From Octopus sinensis (Eukaryota), in assembly GCF_006345805.1 (NCBI RefSeq), contig NC_043005.1:83142001-83206000 (forward strand): a stretch of 64,000 nucleotides of DNA, in the 5' to 3' direction. Shown here in pieces: positions 1 through 12,690 of the stretch. The notes under the pieces are model-generated. The model was not told where the DNA came from, did no database searches, and worked only from the letters and a program-made list of their open reading frames with translations. The position numbers and the translations under genes were made by a program. Position 1 is the first letter of the stretch; every line of letters begins with the position of its first letter.

Positions 1-17
1 GGAATAATAGTAATAAT

Positions 18-62
18 GTGTACCCTAGTGTCACTTAGATGGCATGCGCTGCTCTCCCACTC
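18..62 (+). mobile_element. 45-bp 3' end of the TAA-flanked non-coding interspersed element (family also at 12156-12494 and 61234-61787)
   Basis: gtgtaccctagtgtcacttagatggcatgcgctgctctcccactc matches the 3' end at 61745-61787 (gtaccccagtgtcattttgatggcatgcgctgcttcctcactc). It has taa repeats on both sides. Confidence 0.75.
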
Positions 63-63
63 A

Positions 64-140
<77 letters not shown>
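64..140 (+). repeat. (TAA)n microsatellite
   Basis: Pure taa run separating two retroelements. Confidence 0.98.
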
Positions 141-142
<2 letters not shown>

Positions 143-1409
143 GATAAATTGATAGAGAAAGAAATGACAGGAAAATTTAAGGTGGAGTACTTGCACAGAC
201 TGAGACTGATCCTTAAGTCGAAATTAAACGGACGGGATAAGATGGAAGCTATCAATACATGGGCGGTTTCACTCCTTAGATATGGAGCGGGGGTAATTGC
301 ATGGACAGTAGACGAACTAAACAGCTTAGACAGAAAGACAAGGAAGTCACTAACCAGATATGGGTTACTCCACCCCGAGAATGACACAGACAGATTGTAT
401 GTACCAAGAGAAAGAGGGGAAAAGGGACTTATTGGATGCGAACACAGCATTAGAGCAGAAGAAAACAACATAGCATGGTATGTAAAAAAGGCCACAGAAC
501 CGCTATTATTAGAAGTAAGAAGGTCAGGATTGTGTAGGATGAAAGAATGCAAAAATAAAGCACGATACAAGAAATTGAAAACGAATGAAATTGAAAATAG
601 GTGGGCAAAGAAAAGAATGCATGGTCAATTTCATAAGGATATTGAAAATAAGATAGAGAAAAAAGATGGCTGTGGATGACTAAAAGTGATTTAAAACCGG
701 AATCTGTGCTGCCCAAGAGCAAGCACTAAGAACAAACTACATAGAATACACAATAGACAACACGGCGGAAAGTGATAAGTGCAGAATCTGTGGACAAAAC
801 GGTGAAGCCGTATGGCATAATACTAGCCGATGTACACCACTAGCCCAGAAGGAATATGAGAGGCCACGACAATATAGCCAGGCTTGTCCATTGGACACTT
901 TGCAATAAGTATAGCCTTGACAGAGCAAAAAATTGGTACAACCACAAACCTGAAGGTATCGTCGAAAATAGAAATGCAAAGATCCTATGAGATGTTATGA
1001 TTCAATGCGACTAGGAAGCCGGACATAGTCTTAATTGAGAAAGAAAACAAGCTATGCTGGATCATAGATACAGCATGACCAGCTGACAACAAGGTATGCG
1101 ATTAAGAAAAAAGAAAAGTCGATAGATATGACAGGTTAGCTTGGTAAGTTAAGCAGTTGTGGTCGATGAAAAAGTAGTAGTAGTACCAATAATTGTCGGA
1201 GCCCTGGGAACAGTGAACAAAAATCTCGAGAAGTGCCTGGAACAAATAGGGGCTGCAATAAGGGTGGAGCACTTGCAGAAAACAGCACTGCTTGGAACCG
1301 CTTGAATACTCCAGAAGGTGCTTGAAAAATAAGAAGTGTTACGTCAGTTCACTGGTAGTGAACAGCTGATACTGTAGTACATCTCCAGCGTTAGAAGCTG
1401 TGCAAAGGC

Positions 1410-1410
<1 letters not shown>
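141..1410 (+). mobile_element. 5'-truncated R4/Dong-clade non-LTR retrotransposon, family 1 (RT thumb, CCHC knuckle, RLE endonuclease; degenerate)
   Basis: ORF 149-679 has LNGRDKMEAINTWAVSLLRY..DRLYVPRERGEKGL. Downstream frames give CRICGQNGEAVWHNTSRC, KPDIVLIEKENKLCWIID, VPIIVGALG and LQKTALLGTA, with a stop at about 1331. An 80-bp 3'UTR is followed by (TAA)n. Several stops and frameshifts. Confidence 0.9.
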
Positions 1411-1477
<67 letters not shown>

Positions 1478-1480
<3 letters not shown>

Positions 1481-3935
1481 GGAGTATCAAAATAACAAAC
1501 CCGGCATCTAAACAACTTTGGACCCCCATAACAACTGAAGAGGTCACCCAGGCACTGCAAAGACTAAGCAACTGGAAGGCACCTGGGCATGACAAGATCC
1601 CCAACTTCTGGTTGAAATATCTAACAGGAATGCACAAAAAGCTGGCTGAAAACTTTAACAACGTACTAGCAGAGCCAGAGACAATGCCTGAATGGCTCAC
1701 GAAGGGGAAAACCATCTTAATCCCCAAATCAAATGAAACAGAAAAACCAGAAAACTACAGACCAATAACCTGCCTCCCTACTATGTTCAAGGCATTTACT
1801 GCAGTGATATCACAAAGGCTGAACAAGCACCTGGGCGAAAACAAACTGTTCCCAGAAGAGCAGAAAGGATGCCGCAAAGGCTCATATGGCTGTAAAGATC
1901 AACTAATGATTAATAAAGCCATAACTGAAGACAGCCACAGAAAGAAGAAGGCCTCAGTATGGCCTGGATTGACTACAAAAGGCGTTTGATAGCATCCCCC
2001 ACACATGGATCCTCGAAACACTAGCCATTAACAAAGTAGCACCAACAATCATAAAATTCATAGAGCACTCTATGAATAAATGGCAAACAGTCCTACACCT
2101 CCAAACAAAAGAGGGACTCATGAAAACCAAAGACATCCCCATTAGAAGAGGAATATTCCAGGGAGACACGCTCTCTCCACTCCTTTTCTGCTTGGCACTG
2201 TCACCTCTATCTGATATGCTAAAGAGAACTGGATGCGGATATAAATGTTACGGCAAAACGATCAGCCACCTTTTATATATGGATGACCTAAAACTATACG
2301 CTGCAAATGACAAACAGCTGGAAACACTATTAAAGACAGTTCATGGATTTACCAAAGAAATCGATATGAAATTTGGATTAGAAAAATGCGCCAAAGTAAC
2401 CCTGAAAAGAGGAAACTAGTTAAGAGTAACAACATCACACTAGATAAAACCAATGAAATAAAAGAATTAGACCAAAGCCAAACTTACAAATACTTAGGAA
2501 TCCATGAACTAGATAAGACACAACACACACAAATGAAAAGAGAATAAAAAAAGAATATTATAGACGAGTTAGATCAATACTAACACAGAGCTCAATGCTA
2601 AAAACAAGATAATAGGTATCAACACTTTAGCTGTCCCAGTTATAAGTTACAGCTACAATATCCTTAACTGGACACGAAATGAACTGACCGAAATAGATAG
2701 GAAAACAAGAAAAATAATGACAGGATCTAGGATGCATCACCCAAAATCTGACATAGAAAGACTATATATACAACGTATAGAAGGTGGTAGAGGCCTTATA
2801 CAGCTGGAAAACTACTATAAAATAACCACCATAGGACTGCAAAAATATCTACTTCAGAAGGAAGGAAAACTGATCCAGATAGCGGCAAAACACGAGCAAA
2901 ACAAAAAACTGTTCTCAGTATTTAAGGAAGCTGACAAATACAAACAAGAAATCATACCACCTAATAAACATGAAGAAGAAGAAGAAGATGAAGAAACAAC
3001 AAAAGCTATAAAACAAATGAAATCCAAACTAAAAATAGAACAGCAACGAACCATGATAAAACGATGGCAAGAAAAGCCCCTTCATGGTAAATACTGACTA
3101 AACTAAACGCAAAAGAAATAGACAAAGAAAAATCCCAGCAATGGTTGAGAAGCTCAGGACTCAAAGCAGAAACAGAGGGATTTTTAATTGCAGCACAAGA
3201 CCAAAGCCTCCCCACCAGAAATTACCAAAACATGTAATGAAAAGAAATATTACAAGTAACTGCAGAATATGTGGAGATGGACAAGAAACAATAAATCATA
3301 TTATCTCTAGCTGCCCAGTCCTAGCTAAGAAGGAATATATTCACAGACATGACAGAGTTGGAACCTACATACATTGGAAGCTATGCCAACATTATGGAAT
3401 AACAACAGAAAAAAGATGGTATAGGCACACACCAGAAAAGGTCACAGAAAACGAGAAAACAACCATACTCTGGGATATGCCGATACACACAGATAGAGAA
3501 ATTAAGGCCAACAGACCAGATATAGTTGTCAGAGACCATGAAGAAAAAAAATGCTTTCTAATTGATGTATCAATACCGGCTGATGACAACGTGTCTCTAA
3601 AAGAACTGGAGAAACTCTCAAAATACAAAGACCTGGAAATAGAGGTAACTAGAATGTGGAATCTGAAAACAGAAACAATTCCTATCATAGTAGGTGCATT
3701 AGGCATGATAAAAAAATATTCAGACAAATACATAACAAAAACACCAGGACTTACAAACACATATAACATACAGAAAATTGCACTACTAGGCACTGCACAC
3801 ATCCTACGCAGAACACTTTCCATACAATAACCATCAGAGCATCACAACAAATCACAGCACATACCCAAGGCACACAGAGCTGCGCTCGGTAGTGAAGTGA
3901 AAGCACGCTATAAAAATAAAAATAAAACTACTGAA

Positions 3936-3936
<1 letters not shown>
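1478..3936 (+). mobile_element. 5'-truncated R4/Dong-clade non-LTR retrotransposon, family 2 (RT + RLE; frameshifted)
   Basis: ORF pieces 1612-1989, 2072-2419, 2717-3097 and 3141-3830 carry NYRPITCLP, EEQKGCRKG, GIFQGDTLSPLLF, YMDDLKLY, CRICGDGQETINHIISSC, RPDIVVRD..LIDVSIP and IPIIVGALG. 3'UTR ends aaaactactga before (TAA)n. (TAA)n also lies at the 5' junction (1410-1477). Confidence 0.95.
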
Positions 3937-3976
<40 letters not shown>

Positions 3977-3989
3977 TAATAATAATAAT

Positions 3990-5693
3990 GGACTTGAAGG
4001 CCTATTGCGCACCGTGAAAGCATTCAGCGATGACATCGGGATGAAATTTGGACTTGAGAAGTGTGCCAAGGCCACTTTCCAGAAAGGGAAAGTGAAGACC
4101 ACAAATTCAGTCGTGTTAGATGTTGACACAGCCATAAGAGAGCTTGAGCAAGAACAAACATACAAATATTTAGGGATAAATGAAGGCTCTGGTATTCAGC
4201 ATGCAAGCATGAAAGAGAAGGTCAGGAACGAATGTTATAGGAGAGTTCGTGCAGTCCTGAAATCTGAACTAAATGCACGTAACAAGGTGTTAGCTATAAA
4301 TTCCTTAGCAGTTCCAGTTGTTACTTATAGCTACAATGTGTTGAACTGGAATATGAGTGAAGTAAAGAATATAGATAGGAAAATACGCAAGCTGCTGAGT
4401 TGTAATAGGATGCACCACCCAAAGGCAGACGTAGATCGCCTTTACCTTCCCAGAGCCCAAGGAGGTCGAGGCCTGATCCAATTTGAACTAGCTTACAAAA
4501 CAACCACAATTGGACTGGCCAAATATCTCGAAATAACGAATGACTGGATGCTAAAGCTCGTGGAAAATCACGAGAGACGAAAGAAGCTTCATTCTATCAT
4601 AAAGGAAAGCAAAAGATTTGCTATTGATCTCGTGCAGGATACCCAAACTGAACGACCCGAGGGAAGTACGGCAACTATTGTTGCAAAGATGGTGAAAATG
4701 ATGGCAATGAAAAAAGCGCACGAGCAATTGGCTGATAGGTGGGAGGAGAAACCTCTGCACGGCAAATATGTGACCCGCAGCAAACAAGCTGATGTTGACC
4801 AGAAGCAAACCCATCAGTGGCTACGGAGCTCAGGGCTAAAAGCAGAGAGCGAAGGTTTCATCCTGGCTGCTCAAGATCAAAGCCTATTAACCCGGAACTA
4901 CCAGGCCAATGTGATGAAAAATGGAGCAGACCCAAAATGCCGATTCTGCAACGACATGATTGAAACAGTGGACCACCTAATCTCTGGATGTAAAGTCTTA
5001 GCACCAGTGGAGTATAAATTAAGACATGACAGAGTTGGCCAATATCTCCACTGGCTAATAAGTCGGCATTACAATATCAAAACTGCCAAGTGGTATAATC
5101 ACCACCCTGAGGCTGTAACTGAAGGAGAAAATGTAACCATTCTGTAGGACTTTCCAGTACATACAGACCGAACCATCAAGGCCAATAAACCAGATATTGT
5201 TGTGAAAGACCAAAACAATAAAGTTTGCTTATTGATCGACATGAGCATCCCCTGTGATCATAATATCTCAGCGAAAGAGTTTGACAAGCTCAGAAAATAT
5301 AAAGACCTACTCATTGAAATTGAGAAAATGTGGCATCTCAAGGCGGTTACAATACCAGTGATCGTAGGAGCACTAGGAATGATCAAGAAGGGAACCGAAA
5401 ATTATATGAGAATGATCCCTGGCTTACCATCCCTGCAAGAAGTGCAAAAGATTGTCTTAACTGGTACATCACACGTATTGAGAACAGCATTGTCGATGTG
5501 AGAAATGTTGCTGCTCATGTATTTTAATTTAACCTAAAAAAAAATAAATAAATAAATAAAAGAATAAAAAAAATGAACGAACTATTGAGTTTGGTTTAAT
5601 GGCCTACCAATGTATACTATGAGTTTCTTTGCCCTAGGAGTCGGGAGACACTCGGCCAAAAATGGAAGCAAATTTGAAAGAAGAAAAAAAAGG
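3990..5693 (+). mobile_element. 5'-truncated R4/Dong-clade non-LTR retrotransposon, family 3 (near-intact C-terminal half)
   Basis: ORFs 4005-5147 and 5202-5501 share a frame and are separated by one TAG at a conserved W (TIL*DFPVHTD). Motifs include GMKFGLEKCAK, CRFCNDMIETVDHLISGC, KPDIVVKD and IPVIVGALG. (TAA)n flanks both sides. Confidence 0.95.
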
Positions 5694-5711
5694 TAATAAT
5701 AATAATAATAA

Positions 5712-5895
5712 TCATTTCTACTATAGACACAAGAGCTGAGATTATGGGGTGGTTGCTAGTTGATTACATCGACCCCAATGCTCAACTATAACTTCTTTTA
5801 TTGACTTCGAAAAAATGAATGGAAAAGTCGACCTCGCAGGAATTTGAACTCAGCACGTAATGACAGATGAAATGCCGTTACTCATTTTGTCCGAC
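5712..5895 (-). mobile_element. tRNA-derived SINE family A (GGCGGCGAGCTGG-head family)
   Basis: Reverse-complement match to the near-consensus copy at 59229-59438. Its tail shares the TAA tract that follows LINE family 3. Confidence 0.8.
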
Positions 5896-5939
5896 GGAGA
5901 CCGATATAATGCTTGCTTCTTATGCGAAAGTTATTGACT

Positions 5940-6300
5940 GGAATAATCACAAAGTCAATGTATGGGTATCTTCAACAAAATGGGGTTCTACCAGGTGAGC
6001 AGAAAGTGTGCAAGAGTGGTGTGCAGAAGTAGGAAGGAGCGATTTCTGATAGACAAACCAGTACTTAAAGATTGCAAGGAGGAGAAAACGATTTAGCCAT
6101 GCTAAGGGTTGATTACCGCAAGGTCTAAGATGTGATTCCACCTTCTTGCATCATAGAATATATGAATGTTTTAGTAGTGATTCGAATGTCCAACGATCCC
6201 TTAGGAAAAGTATCGAGAAGTGCAAGACAGAATTGACAGCATATGAAAGAAGCATAGGGGCATTACAAATCAAGAGAATATATTTCAATGGGACTGATTT
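5940..6300 (+). pseudogene. Degenerate RT fragment of an R4/Dong-type LINE
   Basis: Broken frames read YLQQNGVLPGEQK, LIDKPVLKDC, AMLRVDYRKV*DVIP and IEKCKTELTAY..IKRIYF, paralleling RT domains 2-4 of the family 2 copy. Confidence 0.7.
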
Positions 6301-6424
6301 TTGTACTGTGCGTGACACCAATAACAATGATTTTGAAGAAAACTAAGGCAGCGTATAAATTCTAGGGTCGCCAACAAAAGGTTATTCGTGGACGACTTCA
6401 AGTTTTACCTTAAGGATGAATTAA

Positions 6425-6625
6425 TCCCAGCACAAGGCCTGAAATTTTTTTGGTCGGGGGTGCTAGTCGATGTATTCGACCCCAGTGCGCAACTGTTACA
6501 TAATTCATCGACCTCGAAAAGGCAAAAGTCGATCTCGGCGGATTTAGAACGCAGAAAGTAAAGACGGACGATATGCCGCCAAGCATTTTAATAAAATGCC
6601 GCTAACAATCCTGCCAGCTCCCTGT
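6425..6625 (-). mobile_element. SINE family A
   Basis: cacaaggcctgaaattt...gaccccagtgcgcaactg...gtcgatctcggcggattt...ctgccagctc is the reverse of the family A consensus. Confidence 0.8.
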
Positions 6626-6626
6626 G

Positions 6627-6677
6627 TCAACAACAACAACAACAACAACAGTAATAATAATAATAATAATAATAATG

Positions 6678-6750
<73 letters not shown>

Positions 6751-6776
6751 TGATGATGATGATGATGATGAGGATG

Positions 6777-6841
<65 letters not shown>

Positions 6842-6890
6842 AATAATAATAATAATAATAATATAATAATAATAATAATAATAACAAGCA
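6627..6890 (+). repeat. Compound (CAA)n/(TAA)n/(GAT)n microsatellite with an internal block duplication
   Basis: Directly visible. The (aat)n(gat)n block occurs twice. Confidence 0.95.
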
Positions 6891-7384
6891 ACCAGAATAC
6901 AATACTCATAAAATATCATATTTTTGACATCGCTTTCATATTAACGACAAAGTGAAGAAATACAAAACATATATACATAACGAAGGAGCAAAAATTTTAT
7001 TAAAATAATATCAAAAAATACAAACACAGTCAGTTAAGACAGGCAACACTGCAAGCTATAAAGCTGCACACAAGAAGAATACTAAAGCTACCTTTCATCT
7101 TAATGTTGTAATTGTTGTTGCTGCTGCTGCTGTTCTTTTTGTTGTTATTGTTGTATTTGGGAAGGGGGTTCTTATTTCATTTTTTTTTGTTTTTTGAGTT
7201 GCTTTTCGTTTTTTTTTTTTTTTTTTGTTGTTGTTGTTTTACTATTTTGCTTGTTTTCTTTGTTTTTTTTAGTTGTCTTTCTACCAATATTTCTTTATAC
7301 ATTAAATGTCATATGTTGATAAAGATCATTGCCGAAAGGGAGAATGGTGGGGAAGTATCAAAATCCAAAGTGAATGCTTATCAT

Positions 7385-7386
7385 CT

Positions 7387-7418
<32 letters not shown>

Positions 7419-7495
7419 AAATATATATAAATATATATATATACACATATATATACACATATATATATGTGTGTATTTATGTGCATATATATATA

Positions 7496-7559
<64 letters not shown>

Positions 7560-7652
7560 GTATATACATATATATATGTATATATAAACACATATATATA
7601 TATGTATATATGTATATATATATATGCGTAGGTATATGTAGTACATACATTA

Positions 7653-7688
<36 letters not shown>

Positions 7689-7800
7689 CATGTGTGTAGT
7701 ACATTCATATATGTATATGTGTACAGCCACCCATATATATATATATATATAAATATATATATATGAATATATTTGTGCGCGCGCGCGTGTATGTGTGTGT
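7385..7800. repeat. Compound (TG)n/(TA)n/(TATG)n microsatellite
   Basis: Directly visible; source of the spurious YI/CV-repeat ORFs. Confidence 0.95.
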
Positions 7801-8300
7801 GTTTATTTCCGCATCGATTTTTCAGGGCTGGTTTATGTGAGAGAGATAGATAGATAGGAGGAGGGTTAAAAAGAAAGAATGAAAAATTTAAAAAATATAA
7901 AACAAAAAACGTTACGTTCTTGTATTGTTTACCATTTCTTCAGAGAAGAATATTTCTAAGGCAACGTTGAAGTCAGTGTCAGAAACGTTTTGCTTTGTTT
8001 TGTACTTTTTTGGTGTGAGTTTTTTGTTGTTGCTTTTTTCTCGTTTAGTGCGTTTTTTTTTTTTTTTCGAATGACAATGAAATAAGATGTTGCGTTTGTT
8101 TTCCTTTTTCTACTCTTTCATTTTAAGATTTGATAATTTTGTTCGTTTGTGTTTTGGTAGTGTTGCGGCTTATTGCGGTTATTTTTTGTATGCAATTTTA
8201 TCATTTTGTCTATTACTATCACTACTAACATCACCTCCTTTCCTCTAAGCACACGCACACATACTAACATTAACAACCCATCACACTAATAATGATAACA

Positions 8301-8333
<33 letters not shown>

Positions 8334-8464
8334 CATTGGTATGTCCATCATCGTAAGTAACCGAGATAATCAGTGACATCATCATCACCATCACCACCAC
8401 TACTGTGAAATGAGCATTGTTGTTGTTGCTGTTGGTGTTATTTTTTTAATCTTTTTATTTCTTA

Positions 8465-8785
8465 CTTTTTACTTGTTTCAGTTATTAGACTGTGGCCATG
8501 CTGGGGTACCGCCTTGAAGAGTTTTAGTCTATTTAATTGAACCCAGTACTTTTTTATTGTTGTTTTTTAAGCATGGTACTTAATTTATCAGTCTCTTTTG
8601 CGAAACCGCTACGTAACAGAGACATACACACACCAACAACGGTTGTAGGGGACAAACAAAGGCACACACACCTATCTATCGATATATATATATATAAACA
8701 CATACATACGACAAGCTTTACTCGGTTTGTGTCAACCGAATCCACTCATACGGCTATTGCAGAAGATACGCCTGCGCCTCTTCGT
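8465..8785 (-). mobile_element. tRNA-derived SINE family B (GGCGCAGGAGTGG-head family)
   Basis: Reverse match to the full copy at 63027-63386 (ttgtttcagt..ctgtggccatgctggggtaccgcc; cttttgcgaaaccgcta; aatccactca). Confidence 0.75.
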
Positions 8786-8879
8786 TAATTTTTATTGGTT
8801 TTTATTGTTGTTGTTGTTGTTGTTGTTTTGCTGCCATCAGCATCGCTCATCCCTCAACACACATTACATACTAACAATA

Positions 8880-9611
8880 CCAGCACCATACTATTAACCA
8901 GCCGAGACAACCGTTATCACCTCCCCACCCTCACCACCACCAGTATCACTTCTATTTATCAACACCATCAGTATCAGCATCATAACCCATACACCATCAC
9001 CAGCACCACCAGCACCAACACCATCACCACCACCATCACCACCACCTCCACCACTACTATCACCACCATCACAGCCTCCAACACCGTCTGTCACTGCTAG
9101 CGCCAACACCATCGCTATCACTTACCATTACTATACCTTCACTAACACCACAACCACCACCACCATTATCAGCACCTTTACAACCTTCGCTATCACAACC
9201 ACCACCGCCACTATCACCACTATCGTTACAAATACTACTACTACTACTACTAGTCCACCACCTTTATCACTACAATCAGAGCCATCACCATTACTACATC
9301 ACCACCACTACAACAACAACAGCAACTACAATCACCACTATCACCATCGTCATCACTATCCTGTCCACCATCGGCACCACCATCACAACCAATATCATAA
9401 CCGCTACCATCACCATTGTCGCTAACACATTCACCATCAGATCTCACACTACTATTAACAATACCATCGCCAGTACTAGTACTATCATTGCCACTCTTGT
9501 TAACTCCCCTCCCTCCCACACCCATTTACTGCTATCAACGCCACCACCGCCACCGACACCATCTGCACCATCACCATCTACTGTCACATCAGTTTCAACA
9601 CGTATCAGTAG

Positions 9612-9647
<36 letters not shown>

Positions 9648-9719
9648 TATCACTACCGTCATCACTGCTACCATCAAAACCATCAAGTCCATTTTTACAC
9701 CGTAATCATCGTCATCGTC

Positions 9720-9756
<37 letters not shown>

Positions 9757-9960
9757 CCACCACCAATACGATCATCATCACCACCACCACACACTACCAT
9801 CATTATTATTGTCGTCACCGAATTTGTCGTCGTACCTTCATCATGATCATCAATCGTCATCGTCGTCATCGTCATCATCGTCATGATCATCTTACCCACC
9901 AGCACCGCCACATACCATCATCATTACCATTATCATCATCATCATCATCATCATCATCAT
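8880..9960. repeat. About 1.1-kb degenerate CAC/CAT/TAC trinucleotide low-complexity tract
   Basis: Directly visible. The His/Thr/Ser-rich ORFs are translation artefacts. Confidence 0.9.
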
Positions 9961-10283
9961 ATATTTTTCCATTGTTTTATTGATAAAATGTCTGGAATTT
10001 CTATGGTTTGTTTCTTTTTTGTTTCAGTGATTTTCGATTTTTTTTCCTCTCAAAGAAAAAAAACATGAATAGAAAAAATATTGAAAACAAAAAACAATAT
10101 ATGGAATAACAACAGAAAATGTTTTCGGTATAAATGGAGGAAAATAAATTTGATTTCATAAAACAACAATTCTATCTACAGACTTCTAGAAAGATCCACA
10201 GTGATAGGAAATAAAAAAAAAACATATATATATATATATATACGAGGATTTCATAGGTTGTTTTTGTTTTGTTATTGCTCACC

Positions 10284-10285
<2 letters not shown>

Positions 10286-10315
<30 letters not shown>

Positions 10316-10400
10316 CTTCTTCTTCTTCTTCTTCTTCTTCTTCTTCTTCTTCTTCCTCTTGTTCTCCTCCTTCTCCTCCTCCTCCTCCTTCTTCTTCTCG
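10286..10400. repeat. (TTC)n/(TCC)n microsatellite
   Basis: Directly visible. Confidence 0.95.
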
Positions 10401-10439
10401 CTGTTGTAATTATTATCGTAGTCGTTGCTGTCGCTGTTC

Positions 10440-10639
10440 TTGTGAAAGTTTTATTATTGTTGGCTTCGATCTGTAGTCTTCAAATCAGCTTTCTCCTTTC
10501 TGGTTTTGAGAAACCTAATCTCTCATGGCAATGTGTTTGTTACATATCCCAGTGCCCTAATAACTATAGGTATAAATCTGAACTTGTAATCTGAGTAGAG
10601 TAACTGAGGATTTCTCAATAGTCCAGTGTGAGTATTTTC

Positions 10640-10640
<1 letters not shown>
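10440..10640 (-). pseudogene. C-terminal RLE-type LINE fragment (second RLE family)
   Basis: Minus strand reads GLLRNPQLLYSDYKFRFIPIVIRALGYVT, then ERLGFSKPERRKLI after a frameshift. This corresponds to the IPIVIGALG motif at the end of RLE endonucleases. Confidence 0.7.
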
Positions 10641-10670
<30 letters not shown>

Positions 10671-11304
10671 TGTATGTATGTATGTATGTATGTATGTATG
10701 TATGTATCCATCTATCTATCTATATATCATTCTATCTACGTATGTATGTGTGAATTTGTGTGTCCTCACACCGCTTGATAAATTTTCCTACATAGAAAAA
10801 TTGCGGTTTGGCAAAATGATCGATATAGCAAGTACTGGGGTTGATTCTTTCAACTGAACTTCCTCTGTCTGTTGTCTCAGTATGGCCACATTCTAATAGG
10901 TGAAACAATTAAAAGAATATTTGTTTATTGTAAGAAGTAGTCTATCTAGAACAACATTGTCTTGGATAAAGTTGTCTCTTTCCGTTGTCTTAAGACGGGT
11001 GTATTGTATGATTAAGGGAATATTTGGCTGTTATTTCTTGCACGTTAACCCAAGAGGTGTTCATGTGGAGGTTCTCTATTTGTTTCGTTGTTACTGGTAC
11101 TCTTGTTCACTGCAAGATTCGCAAAACTGATCATGCAGGCCTATGGCTAATGGGATTTCAGCTAAGATCAGCCCCTTTTTTTCCCATTTTTTCTACGGTG
11201 GGTGGATAGAGTCTTCAGGTACTTCCTCTGTAGGGTCCTGTCGGAAGCAACTGTCACAACAATTTCCTGCCGGTTTCCTAAGTGTAAACAACTAAGACAA
11301 TAGA

Positions 11305-11562
11305 TTTTGGTTTCATGTTTTGGCACAAAGCCAGAAATTCCAGGGACGGAGGTCGAGTCAATTCCATCAATCCCTGTGATTGACTGGTACTTACGACCTG
11401 GAAAAGATGAAAGTTAATGTCTTTCAGTTGAAAAGATGGAAGACAACGTCTTTCTGAATTCAAATGCCTCGATGACATTAGAACTCAGAACGTACAATAG
11501 ACGAAATTCCGCTAAGCATTTTGACCGACGTGCTAACGATTCTGCTAGCTCGCCACCTTAAC
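11305..11562 (-). mobile_element. SINE family A (with a small internal duplication)
   Basis: ttttggcacaaagccagaaatt...ttagaactcagaacgta...gacgaaattccgctaagcattt...ctgctagctcgccacc. Confidence 0.8.
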
Positions 11563-11650
11563 TAAGATAATTAACTGCTGCCTTAACCGAGAGAATTAGC
11601 TGCTGCCTTAACTGAGGGGATTAAACGCCGCCTTAACTGAGATGTTAACC
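11552..11650. repeat. Four-copy 24-25 bp minisatellite beginning at the SINE head
   Basis: gccaccttaactaagataattaact / gctgccttaaccgagagaattagct / gctgccttaactgagggattaaac / gccgccttaactgagatgttaacc. Confidence 0.8.
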
Positions 11651-12155
11651 AACCTTCTCGTTTTTGGTCTAGCCCTAGGTCACCTGCTGGTTGGTCATCG
11701 TCTTTCGATCGTTTCCTACGACTTTCTAGTCACATGGTACTGCAGCTGTGATCTTTCAATGCGGAGAAATAGCGGATCGATCTGGGGAGGTTTCTTAATC
11801 TTGGATATATGCACCCTGTCGAATAACTGTATTCCAGAGACACTTCGGAGAATACCCATTTCGGCTTCTTCAAAATTTCATTTTAATTTTATCGTTTTTA
11901 TTTATTTATCTATTTTAGATAAGAACGGACGCTTAAAAACAAAACAATTTCCCAAGATTGATAAATAATTACTTTGAAGTGTTTGTCTCTATGTTTCTAT
12001 TATTTTACTATTTACACACTTTTATCTAACACCACATTGTGTTGTATTATTTTCTTCTTTAACGTCCTCACTCTTTCTATAAATCCTTAGTGGTTAATAA
12101 AGAAACCATTGTTGGTGTTGTTGTTGTTGTTATTGTTATTATTATTATTATTATT

Positions 12156-12494
12156 GAATGAGAGAACAGTGCATACCATCAAAGTGACACTGGGGTAAAA
12201 TATGCAAAGCCTAGTATACCCATCATGACTACCCGTCTGATAAGGGTACACCAAGCATGTGCATCACAACCATATGTGCGCGACATGGTGATCTCAAATC
12301 AGGATAAACAGCGCATGACCTTGCGGGAGGAGCCCAGTAAGAATTTTCTTCAGATCGAGTAGCCCATCCCACTCAAAAGGTGCCTAAATAAAATTTGTTT
12401 GAGGTTATTGCACGAAACATCCATGTTTCCAGAGGTTAATTTTCCAAACCCTAAAGAATTCCTCTCAACACATGGCTATGATGCTCCCCAACAA
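12156..12494 (-). mobile_element. 5'-truncated copy of the TAA-flanked non-coding element
   Basis: Reverse complement aligns with about 61450-61787. (TTA)n flanks both sides (12130-12155 and 12495-12570). Confidence 0.85.
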
Positions 12495-12571
<77 letters not shown>

Positions 12572-12690
12572 GGCGGTGACGAGTTGGTTGAATCGTTAGC
12601 GAATCAGACCAAATGGTCTTTACATTCTGAGTTCGATTCCTGTAGAGGTCGACTTTGTCTTTCATCATTTTGAAGTCGATAATCATAAAG
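12572..12690 (+). mobile_element. SINE family A (partial)
   Basis: ggcggtgacgagttggttgaatcgttagc...ttctgagttcgattcc...gaggtcgactttgtctttcatc. Confidence 0.75.

Noticed and set aside
3392-3823. Antisense ORFs over the LINEs (450-979, 1344-1727, 3392-3823, 4551-4814, 45456-46012)
   Set aside because: Shadow frames of the real TE ORFs on the opposite strand.
6544-7708. Long ORFs of poly-N/D/I/Y/L and YI/CV dipeptides (also at 15.7-16.3, 26.3-26.8, 33.4-34.3, 37.9-38.3, 43.4-43.7, 46.0-46.5, 57.3-58.6 and 63.4-63.9 kb)
   Set aside because: Translations of microsatellites lacking stop codons; no domain content.
8795-10068. His/Thr/Ser/Gly-Asp-rich ORFs
   Set aside because: Degenerate trinucleotide tract open in several frames on both strands; no splice or homology support.
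11552-11650. CRISPR-like short repeat array
   Set aside because: Contiguous diverged units without unique spacers, eukaryotic context, and no cas genes.
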